From NCBI GenBank assembly GCA_018662825.1, contig JABJFI010000081.1:1-55481 (forward strand): 55,481 bases of DNA. The letters are read 5' to 3'. This DNA is from Methanobacteriota archaeon (GTDB taxonomy: Archaea > Thermoplasmatota > Poseidoniia > Poseidoniales > Poseidoniaceae). The position numbers and the translations under genes were made by a program. This document shows positions 22,301 to 31,954 of the stretch, in pieces (position 1 is the first letter of the stretch; each line of letters opens with the position of its first letter). Under the pieces are notes generated by a model. It saw only the letters and a list, made by a program, of their open reading frames with translations. It ran no database searches and was not told the origin of the DNA.

Positions 22301-23045
22301 TTTGGTCGGTTGAAAGGATAAATTGAACATCAAAAGGGTCTGAAGTTGCATTGTAAATATTCTCGACGACGTATTCGACGTTTACTGTTGCACCCGGTTG
22401 TCCCGAGGCAGGCTCGTTAATCGAAGTTAACGTCAAATCGGGTTGAGGTGGTGTATCATTGGTCCATGTTCGGAGTGAATACTGACCATCGCCACTGTAA
22501 ACAAATACCTCAATGAAGAAATTTCCTGCATTGCCGGAAATAGAAGTTCCCGAAGTACTAACTTTTTCCAAAGCAGTAATCGATCGAGAGGAATCCACAT
22601 ATGTGCCAGATGAATCGATGAGATATAGGTCAAAGTCAGCATTGCTTGGAACCGTCAATTCAACATCCACATCTTTACCGGCAGTGATGGTGACTTCATA
22701 CCAGTCTTCGGTATCGGTTGAATCCATACATCCTTGGGTACCGGTTTGACCACTGTTTGGATTTGTTCCAAGACTTCGAGATGTATTGGCATCCCCTCCT
22801 GCATCACCGGGTGTACCAGCATCTGATTGAGTTACACACGCGGCACGCCCTCCAGTCGTGGACTTTTGATTAGGTTCTTTGAACAAGAGTTGATTTGGTT
22901 GTTTTATCAAGTCCATTTCCATGTGTTCTTTAGACAAATTAGTTTCTACATCTATCTGTTCTTCAAGGGCGGATACCATGGGGACCATGGCAGCAAAAAA
23001 GAATAGAAATGTAAGGCCAATAGCGCTGAGACGCACATTCTGCAT
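19332..23045 (-). CDS. Large membrane-anchored surface protein with alternating PPC-like and CARDB domains and TSP3-type Ca-binding repeats
   Basis: Signal peptide. Four Q(S/D)DxG..GxDA-led modules with 'DW(Y/F)E....DxDLYL'. CARDB-type 'PDL...VD....E..E.NN' segments, DxDxDG repeats and a C-terminal TM helix. Confidence 0.8.
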   Translation of the reverse strand: MQNVRLSAIGLTFLFFFAAMVPMVSALEEQIDVETNLSKEHMEMDLIKQPNQLLFKEPNQKSTTGGRAACVTQSDAGTPGDAGGDANTSRSLGTNPNSGQTGTQGCMDSTDTEDWYEVTITAGKDVDVELTVPSNADFDLYLIDSSGTYVDSSRSITALEKVSTSGTSISGNAGNFFIEVFVYSGDGQYSLRTWTNDTPPQPDLTLTSINEPASGQPGATVNVEYVVENIYNATSDPFDVQFILSTDQISDFGDDLIDASEPEAALNENTSRTTTAQVVLPSNLANGTYYWLLFVDGYDNVTEKNESNNFLASTGVMLVGESCEDLHPNGQDDAGLGNDATSNQTNATSMGTNVTASYTGCIDGVDKNDVFAFDVPANHSIDVTLTLDQPVTAFIDLTYGASDVDMSVSFSGNEGAVSSLGTAFDGIGGTYYVNLSRSGTGVNWTLDVWTNYSTPAPNLVIENLSGPLSANAGDSITYDVEVNNTGTQLAPASLLTAWLSVDSGLADHDVEIGNMSISSLDINETGIFQLMVTIPSNTQGGNYTIIAMVDSDEQISEKSDTDNTENSYNELLVDSKATSCPVQDDALSGGDAGADAANSIYLGIDVSMTLNGCIHKDVDDVDWFEIDVSPGLNVTVTLVNSPDQDADLYLRDDQGEWFDRGFFSSSIDEEVTTVDDDDFGGVGGTFYISVESWLSLGVYTLIIETEGVDPNAFNCGQQDDLGLGQDAPAGNGINVGQNPTLVGEGCFSGLDESDVFSFTVNDGKNFEIEFSADPAVPFSATLQDISGNLIAYADNTSFGILFTSYDTEYEGVSKDYVLIIDSTGGAGFYNLSIENLDSAPADVGISSLVCPTNHTSGSEVQITWDLVSLRGDANSISITLHLDLIDSNGDDVARMATKTVVVYGEYNTTFGSGAEYYSTVDEQATGFYNCRLTIDVNDVLMESDETNNQEIGTPFFIQNEEELWANDVDRDGFNTSDGGDGVVDDCPTTYGDSTIDRVGCADLDGDGVSNLNDLWPFDDSQALDSDGDSYGDNPEGIDGDACPVVPGVANGVGGNGCPPADTDADDDGVDDIDDQCPNTPAGTVVGADGCESEDEQNNPGDNTTIDSNETIDGNITDGGNDDSTSNEGDDGTNEDDGAQSDSGVLGFSNTTLGIILAAVLILLLSLVLVVRGRKSNDEDKMFSQQQMAYASVTGVPTTDPTITPEQIAYEQQLIAAGYPADYARTYADQHFRPWLKV

Positions 23046-23090
23046 AGCCTTACGGCTACTTACACCATTATCAAACCTCGGATAATTAAA

Positions 23091-24023
23091 TCAAGCAAAT
23101 GCTTGCTCGATTTCGCTTGATAAGTTGTCAAAGCGTCCTTGCAGTTCCTTCATTGCACCGTTGAAAGCCTGTTCTGGAGTAAGACTTCCATCAGTTTCGT
23201 AATTGAAAACGTATGCTCCTTCAACAGGTTCCATAGTGATTGCATCGTCGAAGTCGCCATCACGATTTGTGCCAGGACCGACTTGGTGAAGTGCATTTTC
23301 AAGATCAAGCAGATGATTGACATCTGTTAATTTCTTGTCTTTACCGAAAAGTTTCGCATCGATTGGCTTACCGTCAGAAGTTGTTAGGCCAAGGTCAAAC
23401 AAAACCTTCGCCTTCTTTGGTTTGTTGAGAGTTGCAACATTGTGTTGACGGAATCCGACAGCGGCAACTGGAGACCACTTTGCGTGGTCTCGGCCACGGC
23501 CAAGGGTTGCAAATGCGTAGAATTCGAGGTATTGGCCCTTTGAAAGAATTGTCAAAGGAATGCGCTTATGTTCTTCTCGAATGTCAAACATTTGGTCAGA
23601 AATAGTGGTTAGGTCACCAGCATAAACAGTACGGTATTCTTCATCAGAATCTTCAGAAGGTCCTTCTTTTCGGACGTGATAAAGAACTTGACAGGTCATG
23701 CAACCTTTGGATTCTTCAGCCATATCCTTGCAAGTAGGGCAATCGTCAGGGAATGCGATGCCTTCTTCAGGGAATGTAGGGACTGGAATCATTGCAAGTC
23801 GGTGAGCGATTGTTTCGTCAGGTAAAACGTTGACAGATTCGAAAACCTGTCCTTTGTTATCTTGATGAGTTCCTTGGTCGAAATTGACTCGATCGATTGC
23901 CAATTTGGGGACATCCGCAATCAGTGCACGGCGAATAGCATTCACTTGTGCAGCATCAGTGTTTGTCAAAAGAATTCTAATTGCATTGCCTTTTGGCCAG
24001 CCATCAACGATTTGTACATCCAT
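23091..24023 (-). CDS. rpo3: DNA-directed RNA polymerase subunit D (Rpo3)
   Basis: NAIRRALIADVP.LAI, DE.IAHRL..IP, G.G.DHAKWSP and ETDGSL motifs; follows rps11. Confidence 0.93.
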   Translation of the reverse strand: MDVQIVDGWPKGNAIRILLTNTDAAQVNAIRRALIADVPKLAIDRVNFDQGTHQDNKGQVFESVNVLPDETIAHRLAMIPVPTFPEEGIAFPDDCPTCKDMAEESKGCMTCQVLYHVRKEGPSEDSDEEYRTVYAGDLTTISDQMFDIREEHKRIPLTILSKGQYLEFYAFATLGRGRDHAKWSPVAAVGFRQHNVATLNKPKKAKVLFDLGLTTSDGKPIDAKLFGKDKKLTDVNHLLDLENALHQVGPGTNRDGDFDDAITMEPVEGAYVFNYETDGSLTPEQAFNGAMKELQGRFDNLSSEIEQAFA

Positions 24024-24040
24024 TTTTTCCACCTCAAAAA

Positions 24041-24424
24041 TCAAACACGACGGCCACGACGGCCACCCTTCTTCTTAGTACCATCGTGAGCAATTGGCGT
24101 CACGTCTTCGATACGAGTGATTGTCATTCCAGCACGGGTAAGTGCACGAATTGCAGCTTGTGCGCCAGGTCCAGTATTGTTGGAGAGGTTGCCACCAGGT
24201 GCTCGGTATTTGATAATAAGTTGTGTGAATTCCTTGTCCTTAAGGTCGTCTGCCATCTTTTCAGCAGCACGAGTTGCAGCGAATTGGCCACCACTGTCTT
24301 TGGATGATTTGACAACTTGTCCACCTGAACAGGTCGTGATTGTTTCAGCACCGGTTAAGTCCGTTGCAGTCAGTAGAATGTTGTTGTATGAACTGAAAAT
24401 ATTGATAATTGCACGTCGTGTCAT
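24041..24424 (-). CDS. rps11: 30S ribosomal protein S11
   Basis: SYNN...[19 protein letters not shown] and [21 protein letters not shown] motifs. Confidence 0.96.
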   Translation of the reverse strand: MTRRAIINIFSSYNNILLTATDLTGAETITTCSGGQVVKSSKDSGGQFAATRAAEKMADDLKDKEFTQLIIKYRAPGGNLSNNTGPGAQAAIRALTRAGMTITRIEDVTPIAHDGTKKKGGRRGRRV

Positions 24425-25086
24425 CACTCGTCACCTCCAGTTTCTTTTGCCGAAGGGGCTTCTTCAGCAGCAGAGACCACTTCTTCAGCGAACTCTTTGC
24501 TTGCTTCTGGATCCACTTCTTCTTCTTCAACACCGTATTCAGCAGAAGATGCTCGTCCGTCAATTGCTTTTCGGATTGGATGCTCTGGGTTATCAATCCA
24601 CGGGCAACTTGGATGCCAGGTGAGTTGTTCTTCTTCATCTCGAGAAAGTGGATAGGATGGGATAGTAACTTTTTGACTTCCAATCACAATTTTACCGTGG
24701 GTGACAAATTGTCGTGCTTGCTTCATTGAGATTGCAAGACCCTTGTAGTAGACTTGTGCTTGAAGGCGGCGGTTGAGAATATCTTCAGTGCTCAAAGAGA
24801 GGATATCGTCAAGTTTGGCGTCAGAAGCAATCAATCCTTTGTTGTGTAGCGAATGAAGCAAATCGTCCATTTCTCGCTTGCCATGAGCCTCACTAGTATC
24901 AACCATACCAATCAAGCGCATTGCTTGACGTCGATGTCGTCGAAGTTGAGACTTAGCCTTCCAAATCTCTCGCATGTTTTTCAAACCGTGATTAGCTTGA
25001 ATCGCATGCTCTTCTTCGATACGTGCAGCCTTCCAAGGATGGGAAGGCGTGTCAAACTTAGGTCGTGCAAACTTTGGTTCTCCCAT
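24424..25086 (-). CDS. rps4: 30S ribosomal protein S4
   Basis: MGEPK...TP.HPW, GLKN.REIW, RRLQ..V..KGLA and QARQ.VTHG motifs. Confidence 0.96.
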   Translation of the reverse strand: MGEPKFARPKFDTPSHPWKAARIEEEHAIQANHGLKNMREIWKAKSQLRRHRRQAMRLIGMVDTSEAHGKREMDDLLHSLHNKGLIASDAKLDDILSLSTEDILNRRLQAQVYYKGLAISMKQARQFVTHGKIVIGSQKVTIPSYPLSRDEEEQLTWHPSCPWIDNPEHPIRKAIDGRASSAEYGVEEEEVDPEASKEFAEEVVSAAEEAPSAKETGGDE

Positions 25087-25102
25087 TCATTATCCCTCCA
25101 AA

Positions 25103-25570
25103 TCATTTCTTTCGGCTTACACCAAGTGTAAGTCCACCACGGCCATTTGAACGACCGCGTTGTCCACGAACTTTGTTTCCGCTTGCGTGGCGAACACCAC
25201 GGTAGCACTTCATGGTTCGAAGACGGTTAATGTCGTCTTCAAGAGTAAGGGTTACTTGTTGGCCTGTGAGGTGTAATTCATCACCGGTTTCAAGGTCACG
25301 TTGCCGGTTAAGCATCCAAAGAGGGACGGTTTCTGCATAGCCTTCAATGGCAACACGGAGTGTTTCTTGTTCATCAGCCGAGAGGTGGCCGGCGAGTGAA
25401 GCAGGGTCGAATCCGGTGTTCTTGCAAATCTGGATGGCGGTTCGTGGACCAACACCCCGAACAGCAGTCAAGGCTGTTGCTAGCGTTTTCTGTCCATCCA
25501 TGTCAGTATCTGCCATACGCAAGATGTAAGAGAAATCGTCTCCTAAATCTTCTTCCTTTGGTCGTGCCAT
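25103..25570 (-). CDS. rps13: 30S ribosomal protein S13
   Basis: ALT.VRGVG, P.WMLNRQRD.ETG and YRG.RH....VRGQR motifs. Confidence 0.96.
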   Translation of the reverse strand: MARPKEEDLGDDFSYILRMADTDMDGQKTLATALTAVRGVGPRTAIQICKNTGFDPASLAGHLSADEQETLRVAIEGYAETVPLWMLNRQRDLETGDELHLTGQQVTLTLEDDINRLRTMKCYRGVRHASGNKVRGQRGRSNGRGGLTLGVSRKK

Positions 25571-25725
25571 TGTGTTCACCTCTCCTTAACACGCAGTGTC
25601 AAGCAAGTTCCCGACCAACCCCCCCTATATCAAGACCGCGATACGCCTTCGCGGTACTGAGCACTGAAAACCATAGATTTTAGAGCGATTTTCTCCATGG
25701 ATTCGTGGTGCTAAAAGGATGCCAA

Positions 25726-27021
25726 TTATTCCGCAATACAAATGAGTAGCATTTCATCTCCTGGTTGTTGAACGAGAAAAGCCTCTCTCCGGCCGTGCCT
25801 CCGAGCAAGTTGACGGTCAATCGCACCCTGTATTTTGGGTTGAATTTCGGGAGCGAGCGGAACGCGAACGGTCATTTTTGAAACATCATGTTCTAGGATT
25901 AATTCCACTAATTGGTCGACGGTATCAAGGCCGAGATTAATTCGAGCCAATGCCACAACTCTCCCAGTAGCCTGAACCAGCATGCGGTCCATTTCATTCT
26001 CAAGGCGCAATGGATGTTGATGATGTATTTGGGGGCGGCGCCCTTCAACGACTCCCCATGTGATCTGCTCAGATTTTGTAACACTTTTCAACCACTCTTC
26101 GGCCAACCCACTCTCAACAAGCGCCGCATCGAGAATACTAATTCGTTCTCCACGCCTTGGTGGTTGGCGAAGGGGTGTTGGCAAACCATTGCCTGCGGCC
26201 AGAATTTCTCCGCCAGAAATCACATACGCTTCTTCGGTAATAGATGGAGGGATGCGAACAAAACGCCGTGCTACGCCTGTAGTAGAAGCACTACCAAGCC
26301 ACAAAGCCAAGCGGTCAACGCGACCTCTGCCCCGAGAAGTCCATACCCATGTCCGAGAGATTCCATTCCACACCTCATCGACCATTCTTTCGACGCCAAG
26401 ACGTTGGTCGTGGGTGAGTCTAGGTGATAAATCGAGAAGTAAGGCCGGACCGTTTTCACCTTCAGCTAAAAACGGCGCCCATCCCTTGAACACTTCATCA
26501 AGTCGAGGGGCCATCTCTTCAAGGCCGTGAGTACGACTATTCCGGGGCCGTGCAGGGTCTAGGTGAAGTAAGGCAATTGGTGGAAATTGTTCTAATTTTA
26601 GATGTTCAGCAATCATAGAACAAACGCCCTCACCATCTCGCCCATCCCCAGCAATAATACGGGTGTTTTGCATGCGCAAGGAATCCATTTCATTCCGGTA
26701 TTCAGCGATGGATTGTAGATTTACAGCGCTCGCTTGAGCGCGCAACACATCCAACTCCACACCTATTCCTGGGCGTTGAAGGAGTGCCATATGAGCGCCG
26801 AGTTGAATGCCACTTCCACAAGCACAATCCAGAATATATCCCTCGGGAAGAGTGAGTTGTGTTAAGAGATTTGAACGTGCTAAAGCAACCTGCCAAGGAG
26901 TGGCCAATGGTTTTCCTTGACTTGCATGATAGAATACCAAAGTTCCAGCGGCAGTTGAATCAGGTGCGAATTCAGTCAAACCAGTCGAATCAACTGTATT
27001 GGGGTTGAAAATATCAAGCAT
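25726..27021 (-). CDS. SAM-dependent methyltransferase with THUMP-like C-terminal region
   Basis: ILDCACGSG, GVELD, LDPARP and LSP motifs. Confidence 0.65.
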   Translation of the reverse strand: MLDIFNPNTVDSTGLTEFAPDSTAAGTLVFYHASQGKPLATPWQVALARSNLLTQLTLPEGYILDCACGSGIQLGAHMALLQRPGIGVELDVLRAQASAVNLQSIAEYRNEMDSLRMQNTRIIAGDGRDGEGVCSMIAEHLKLEQFPPIALLHLDPARPRNSRTHGLEEMAPRLDEVFKGWAPFLAEGENGPALLLDLSPRLTHDQRLGVERMVDEVWNGISRTWVWTSRGRGRVDRLALWLGSASTTGVARRFVRIPPSITEEAYVISGGEILAAGNGLPTPLRQPPRRGERISILDAALVESGLAEEWLKSVTKSEQITWGVVEGRRPQIHHQHPLRLENEMDRMLVQATGRVVALARINLGLDTVDQLVELILEHDVSKMTVRVPLAPEIQPKIQGAIDRQLARRHGRREAFLVQQPGDEMLLICIAE

Positions 27022-27030
27022 ATTTCTGCC

Positions 27031-27630
27031 TCATTGGCCTGCTACATCACTTCGCGTCATGATGCTCTCAAAGTGTATTCCCGCCGCTGCAAACGCCTCT
27101 TTGGCCCCCTCTTCTCGGTCTACGATGCTGATGACAGCAACGACTTCACATTCGGTATTTTGGTGAATGCGTTCAACAGCCTTAATCGCCGACCCACCAG
27201 TCGTTGTTACATCTTCGACGATGACGATGGTTCCACCGCCTTCAAGCGATGAACCTTCTATGCCAGGAGGATTGTTTGTTTTTCTTCCACCGCGCCCCTT
27301 TGCTTCTTTGCGAACCATGAATCCAAGACGCGGCGTATCAGCGGATGATGTAGCAACAGCAATTGCGGTTAAAGGCACAGCACCAAGCTCCAACCCTCCG
27401 ACGAAATCGACTTCCAAAGCATCCATTCGGAGATTGAAAAGAGCACCGAGGATGTGTGTTGACTCGGGATGCATCATGACAGGTTTAGTATCAAAAAACC
27501 ATCGAGAATTACGCCCACTCGCCAAGGTGAAAGCATCATCGCTCCCGCCATCGATGAAAGCTAAATCTCGCACAAGTTCAACAAGTCGGGGCCAACTTGA
27601 ATGAGTTCGAACGCTCGGATGGACGGACAT
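27031..27630 (-). CDS. pyrE: Orotate phosphoribosyltransferase
   Basis: FTLASG, GGLELGAVP, VRKEAK and the PRPP-binding loop VEDVTTTGGS. Confidence 0.93.
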   Translation of the reverse strand: MSVHPSVRTHSSWPRLVELVRDLAFIDGGSDDAFTLASGRNSRWFFDTKPVMMHPESTHILGALFNLRMDALEVDFVGGLELGAVPLTAIAVATSSADTPRLGFMVRKEAKGRGGRKTNNPPGIEGSSLEGGGTIVIVEDVTTTGGSAIKAVERIHQNTECEVVAVISIVDREEGAKEAFAAAGIHFESIMTRSDVAGQ

Positions 27631-27747
27631 CAAACTGTGGTTTTGCCCCGCATCAATGAACTTTGCTTCTCATGGCCGTGAAACACAAGCCATGTTATTC
27701 TAACGCGGCACTCATAAACGGTCGCCCCCAAGAGCCAAAGGAATCAC

Positions 27748-30700
27748 ATGCCTCCGTCAGATGAATCAGGTATAAAACGAGGGCATAACCCGCTTCTCGG
27801 CCTTGATATTGAACGGTTAGAGGCCGAAATGAAAACCTATCACCAGTGGCTCGATGAGCATGCTGATGAAGCATATATAATTGCAGAAAAAGCAAGAAAA
27901 CTTGGATACGACCTCAAAGAACACGTCGAGATACCAAGGGCGGCAGACCTTGCAGGGCGAACAGAAAAACTTCTTGTCGAATATTTGGATGGTTACGAAG
28001 TAGCAGAAGATATTAGAAAACTATTGTCCGAACACGACCGAGAAACAACTTCGATTATGATGGCGCAAAGCGTTGCCCGCGGTTTTCGAGAACAAGGCCA
28101 CGACCTCATTACAGCCATCGACGTAGGTTTACGAGTTGGCTTGGCCGTGTTGACTGAAGCAGTACTCGTGGCCCCACTTGAAGGAATCAGTGAAGTCCGT
28201 CTCCTCAACAATATTGATGGTTCTCAGTTTGTTTCTGTGCATTTTGCAGGACCAATTCGGGCAGCAGGTGGTACAGCCCAAGCACTTGCTGTTTTGATTG
28301 CTGATATGATTCGGAGAGAACTCAACATTGGACATTATCAGCCAACAGACCCAGAAGTAGAACGGGTCAAAGAAGAATTTGGGTTGTATCGGGGCAATTT
28401 ACAGTATCGCCCCTCTCCCGCTGAAATTGATGAAATTGTGCGTGCGTGCCCGATAATGATTAACGGCGAATCTACAGAGCGCATAGAATGCTCGGGATAT
28501 GGGCGGGTGCGCAACATCGACGAGGCCCGAATTCGCGGCGGTGTTTTACTTGTTATCGGTGAAGGAATGTGTTTGAAAGCACCAAAAATTCAGAAACACA
28601 CCGAACGTCTTCAAGTTCCTGGATGGGACTTCATATCCAAATTCGCCTCCAAAGGCAAATCCGAAGACAATGGCGAGAGCGAATCGCAATTTAAGTCACG
28701 CAAGGTTCCAATGATTACAAAATTTATGAAAGACATTATCGCAGGCAGGCCTGTTTTCGGCGCCCCTCTTCAACCAGGGGGTTTCCGATTGCGGTATGGG
28801 CGCGCCCGTCCATCAGGACTTGCAGCTGCTTCAACCAACACCGCCTCAATGTTAGCGATGGACGACTTCATCACGATTGGAACACAGATGAAAATCGAAC
28901 GACCGGGCAAGGCGTGCGCCATCACCCCTTCCGATGACACGGATGGCCCTTGGGTCGTCTTACGAGATGGGCGTTTCCTACGCCTTGATGATGCTAAAAG
29001 CTATGCTGCAATCGGTTCGAAAGTTGGTACAGTATGGGATAATGGAGAACTTGTTCTCGGTTATGGCGAATTCATGGAGAACAACAAGAAATTGGTCCCA
29101 GCCGGTTACTCAAATGATTGGTGGGCCAGTGACCTCCTTGAAGAGTTGAATTCCGAAGATGCGGTGGTAGAATTTTCAAACATCATTGAACAATCCCGGG
29201 ATACTTTCCCCGCCGGCACCCCAGGCATCCACCCTGAAGATGCTGAAAATCCAGGGGAACAACATCTAATTCGGCGTAAGTGGCATGCAATTTTGGCTGC
29301 TTGTAATGTGAATTGGGACCAATGCAAACTCCTCGCTCGACGCTTCAAAACTTCTATTCCCGCCCCTCATAATCCATGGTTCCTCGATTTGCCGATTGAG
29401 TGGGTACCTGCCGTATTGGGGCTAATCGACCAAGCAATAATCGAACCATTTGGGACATCGAATACCCCAATTCCAAAAATAGAAGAAAATCTCAAAGCCA
29501 TGCCTTTACCTGAAAAACGGCAATTGCGCATACGCGGTGGCGTTAGCAATTGGTCACCACAAGTCATGGACAAATTGCGACCAGAAAGCCTCGACAATTT
29601 TGATGAATTCGAAATACCCGGGCCCGATATCCAACCCCTGGCGCCGATTTTCACAAAAGAATTGCCAGAAGTGTGGGCGTATATTCAACACGGCTTACCC
29701 AAAGGTGCGGCGATGATTTTGGGGTTACGCCATCACCACGATGGTGATGATTTGGTAATCACAGCCGGCTGGCCAGCCTTACTCGAAGGGTTTGGATATA
29801 GTTTCGAAGATGAAAAACCACTTCGAATTGTCGATGCAAAAACACGTTTTGAAGAACGCATTAACCAATTGAGGCAATCCCAAATCACGTTGACTGAAGA
29901 GCGAGAACGACTCGAAGTTCTTCGACAGGCTCGCGCAACGGTTCGAATTGCTGCCGAAACCAGCGCCCGCCAGCGCGGGCTTGGTATTGCCGAAACAGAC
30001 GAAGTTGGGCGTCAAGCAGCAGCCCAAGTTCCCGACCCCGGCCCCTTGGATCCAAAATTGTTTTTGGCAGCCCAAATCCATGAAGATGACCATGACGTGG
30101 ATGGTATCCTTTTGCAAGTTCGGAAAATTTCAGATTTACGATGGGAGCATGCTGCCCCTGTTAGAATCGGATGCCGAATGGGTAGGCCCGAAAAAGCAGC
30201 ACCGCGCGTCATGAATCCAATGACACACGCCCTGTTCCCCATCGATTTGAATGGGGGCAATCAACGGTTGCTTGCGAATGCCGCAAGCAAACAAAGTATA
30301 CGGGTGCAAATGGGTCGCCGAATATGCAAGAAGTGTGGCAAAGAATCGCCCTTTATCCTCTGCCATCACCGTCTTGTAGATTCAGATGGCCTTGAACGAG
30401 TTGGAGAAACATGTGGCGGCCGTACGAATATGAGAGATTCGCAAAACACAAAACGACGGCGTAGGGGCGAGATTCAAACTGTTCGTTTGGATACCATGAT
30501 TGAAGATGCCCGAATTCGCCTAGGCATTGACCGCATTCCACGCCAAGTCAAATGTATGAAGCAAATTGCAAGTCGTGACCAAACACCTGAAGCGATTGAA
30601 AAGGGCCTATTGAGGGCCAAACACAAGTTGCCCGTGTTCCGCGATGGGACCGTCCGATTCGACATGAGCGATGTCCCAATAACGCACTTCACTCCAAGGG

Positions 30701-31869
30701 AGGTTAGTGTTCCATGGCAGACACTCCAATCACTGGGCTATGAGAATGATTGTGAAGGCAATCCGCTTCAAAACGATGAACAAATGCTGGAGATATTCCC
30801 ACAAGATTTCATCGTCAGCAAAAACGCATGTGAGTTCTTTGTTCGCACTGCCCAATTTATCGATGAATTATTGGTTCGTTATTACGGGATGGAACCTTAC
30901 TACAATGTCAATACAGCAGATGATTTAGTTGGCCATTTGATTTGCGCTTTAGCCCCACACACATCCGGAGGTGTCCTGAGCCGAATCATTGGTTGGGCTG
31001 ATTGTTCAGGTGGATATGCTCACCCCTTATTCCATGCAGCGAAGCGAAGAAATTGTGATGGCGACGAAGACGCCATCATGCTCTTGATGGATGGCTTGCT
31101 CAACTTCAGCCGAGAAATATTGCCGGCAAATCGAGGCGGACTTATGGATGCACCTCTTGTCCTTACCACGCGGCTGAATCCTACTGAAGTTGACAAGGAA
31201 GCCCTCAATGTCGACTCGGGATGGTTTTACAGCCGAGATTTTTACGAAACAACTCTTTCCCAACCCCACCCAAAAGAATGTGCTGAGAGGATGGACTTTG
31301 TTGAAAGGCGTCTTGGTTCAGTGGCAGCAGTTCGCGGATATGGCTATACGCACGATTGCCACTCAATCGATCAAGGGCCGGCTTTATGCGCCTACAAAAC
31401 ACTCGATACGATGATTGACAAAATGAATGGCCAATTAGACCTTGGGCACCGTTTACGCGCCGTCGATGTCCGCACCGTCGCATCGAGCGTTGTTCGTTCA
31501 CACTTCCTTCCCGATTTACGTGGCAACCTCAATGCATATGCTCGTCAAAAAATCCGTTGCCTCAAATGCGCTCATTCATATCGCCGCATGCCCGTGGCTG
31601 GCAATTGTATTCAACCCAAAAAAGAAACAGGAAGAGGGCTTACAAGTGTTGGAGTGCAAAAATCCGAAGGCGGATTATGCGGCGGAAATTTGGCTTTGAC
31701 AGTTTCAGAAGGAGCAGTTCGAAAATACATCAAAGTCACCAAGCACGTTATGGCAAAATATGGTGTCGATGTATATACGAAGCAGAATGTGGAATGGTTG
31801 TCTGATAGCGCCGATTCTTTATTCAATAACGACCGCGCCAAACAATTGTCTTTGGCAGACTTCCTCTGA
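27748..31869 (+). CDS. polC: DNA polymerase D large subunit (DP2)
   Basis: FAGPIRAAGGT, FRLRYGRAR, GTQMKIERPGK, RMGRPEK, HAAKRRNCDGDED, Zn motifs and a C-terminal PIP box QLSLADFL. Confidence 0.97.
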   Translation: MPPSDESGIKRGHNPLLGLDIERLEAEMKTYHQWLDEHADEAYIIAEKARKLGYDLKEHVEIPRAADLAGRTEKLLVEYLDGYEVAEDIRKLLSEHDRETTSIMMAQSVARGFREQGHDLITAIDVGLRVGLAVLTEAVLVAPLEGISEVRLLNNIDGSQFVSVHFAGPIRAAGGTAQALAVLIADMIRRELNIGHYQPTDPEVERVKEEFGLYRGNLQYRPSPAEIDEIVRACPIMINGESTERIECSGYGRVRNIDEARIRGGVLLVIGEGMCLKAPKIQKHTERLQVPGWDFISKFASKGKSEDNGESESQFKSRKVPMITKFMKDIIAGRPVFGAPLQPGGFRLRYGRARPSGLAAASTNTASMLAMDDFITIGTQMKIERPGKACAITPSDDTDGPWVVLRDGRFLRLDDAKSYAAIGSKVGTVWDNGELVLGYGEFMENNKKLVPAGYSNDWWASDLLEELNSEDAVVEFSNIIEQSRDTFPAGTPGIHPEDAENPGEQHLIRRKWHAILAACNVNWDQCKLLARRFKTSIPAPHNPWFLDLPIEWVPAVLGLIDQAIIEPFGTSNTPIPKIEENLKAMPLPEKRQLRIRGGVSNWSPQVMDKLRPESLDNFDEFEIPGPDIQPLAPIFTKELPEVWAYIQHGLPKGAAMILGLRHHHDGDDLVITAGWPALLEGFGYSFEDEKPLRIVDAKTRFEERINQLRQSQITLTEERERLEVLRQARATVRIAAETSARQRGLGIAETDEVGRQAAAQVPDPGPLDPKLFLAAQIHEDDHDVDGILLQVRKISDLRWEHAAPVRIGCRMGRPEKAAPRVMNPMTHALFPIDLNGGNQRLLANAASKQSIRVQMGRRICKKCGKESPFILCHHRLVDSDGLERVGETCGGRTNMRDSQNTKRRRRGEIQTVRLDTMIEDARIRLGIDRIPRQVKCMKQIASRDQTPEAIEKGLLRAKHKLPVFRDGTVRFDMSDVPITHFTPREVSVPWQTLQSLGYENDCEGNPLQNDEQMLEIFPQDFIVSKNACEFFVRTAQFIDELLVRYYGMEPYYNVNTADDLVGHLICALAPHTSGGVLSRIIGWADCSGGYAHPLFHAAKRRNCDGDEDAIMLLMDGLLNFSREILPANRGGLMDAPLVLTTRLNPTEVDKEALNVDSGWFYSRDFYETTLSQPHPKECAERMDFVERRLGSVAAVRGYGYTHDCHSIDQGPALCAYKTLDTMIDKMNGQLDLGHRLRAVDVRTVASSVVRSHFLPDLRGNLNAYARQKIRCLKCAHSYRRMPVAGNCIQPKKETGRGLTSVGVQKSEGGLCGGNLALTVSEGAVRKYIKVTKHVMAKYGVDVYTKQNVEWLSDSADSLFNNDRAKQLSLADFL

Positions 31870-31954
31870 GTTCAATAATGGGACTTTAATGCCTGATTTT
31901 CCGGAATCGACTTTTTATCAAATGAACAGTAGAATGGGTTGAGGGGGAAACGGT

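Noticed and set aside
31030-31080. Intein at the usual DP2 insertion site
   Set aside because: HAAKRRNCDGDED is uninterrupted.
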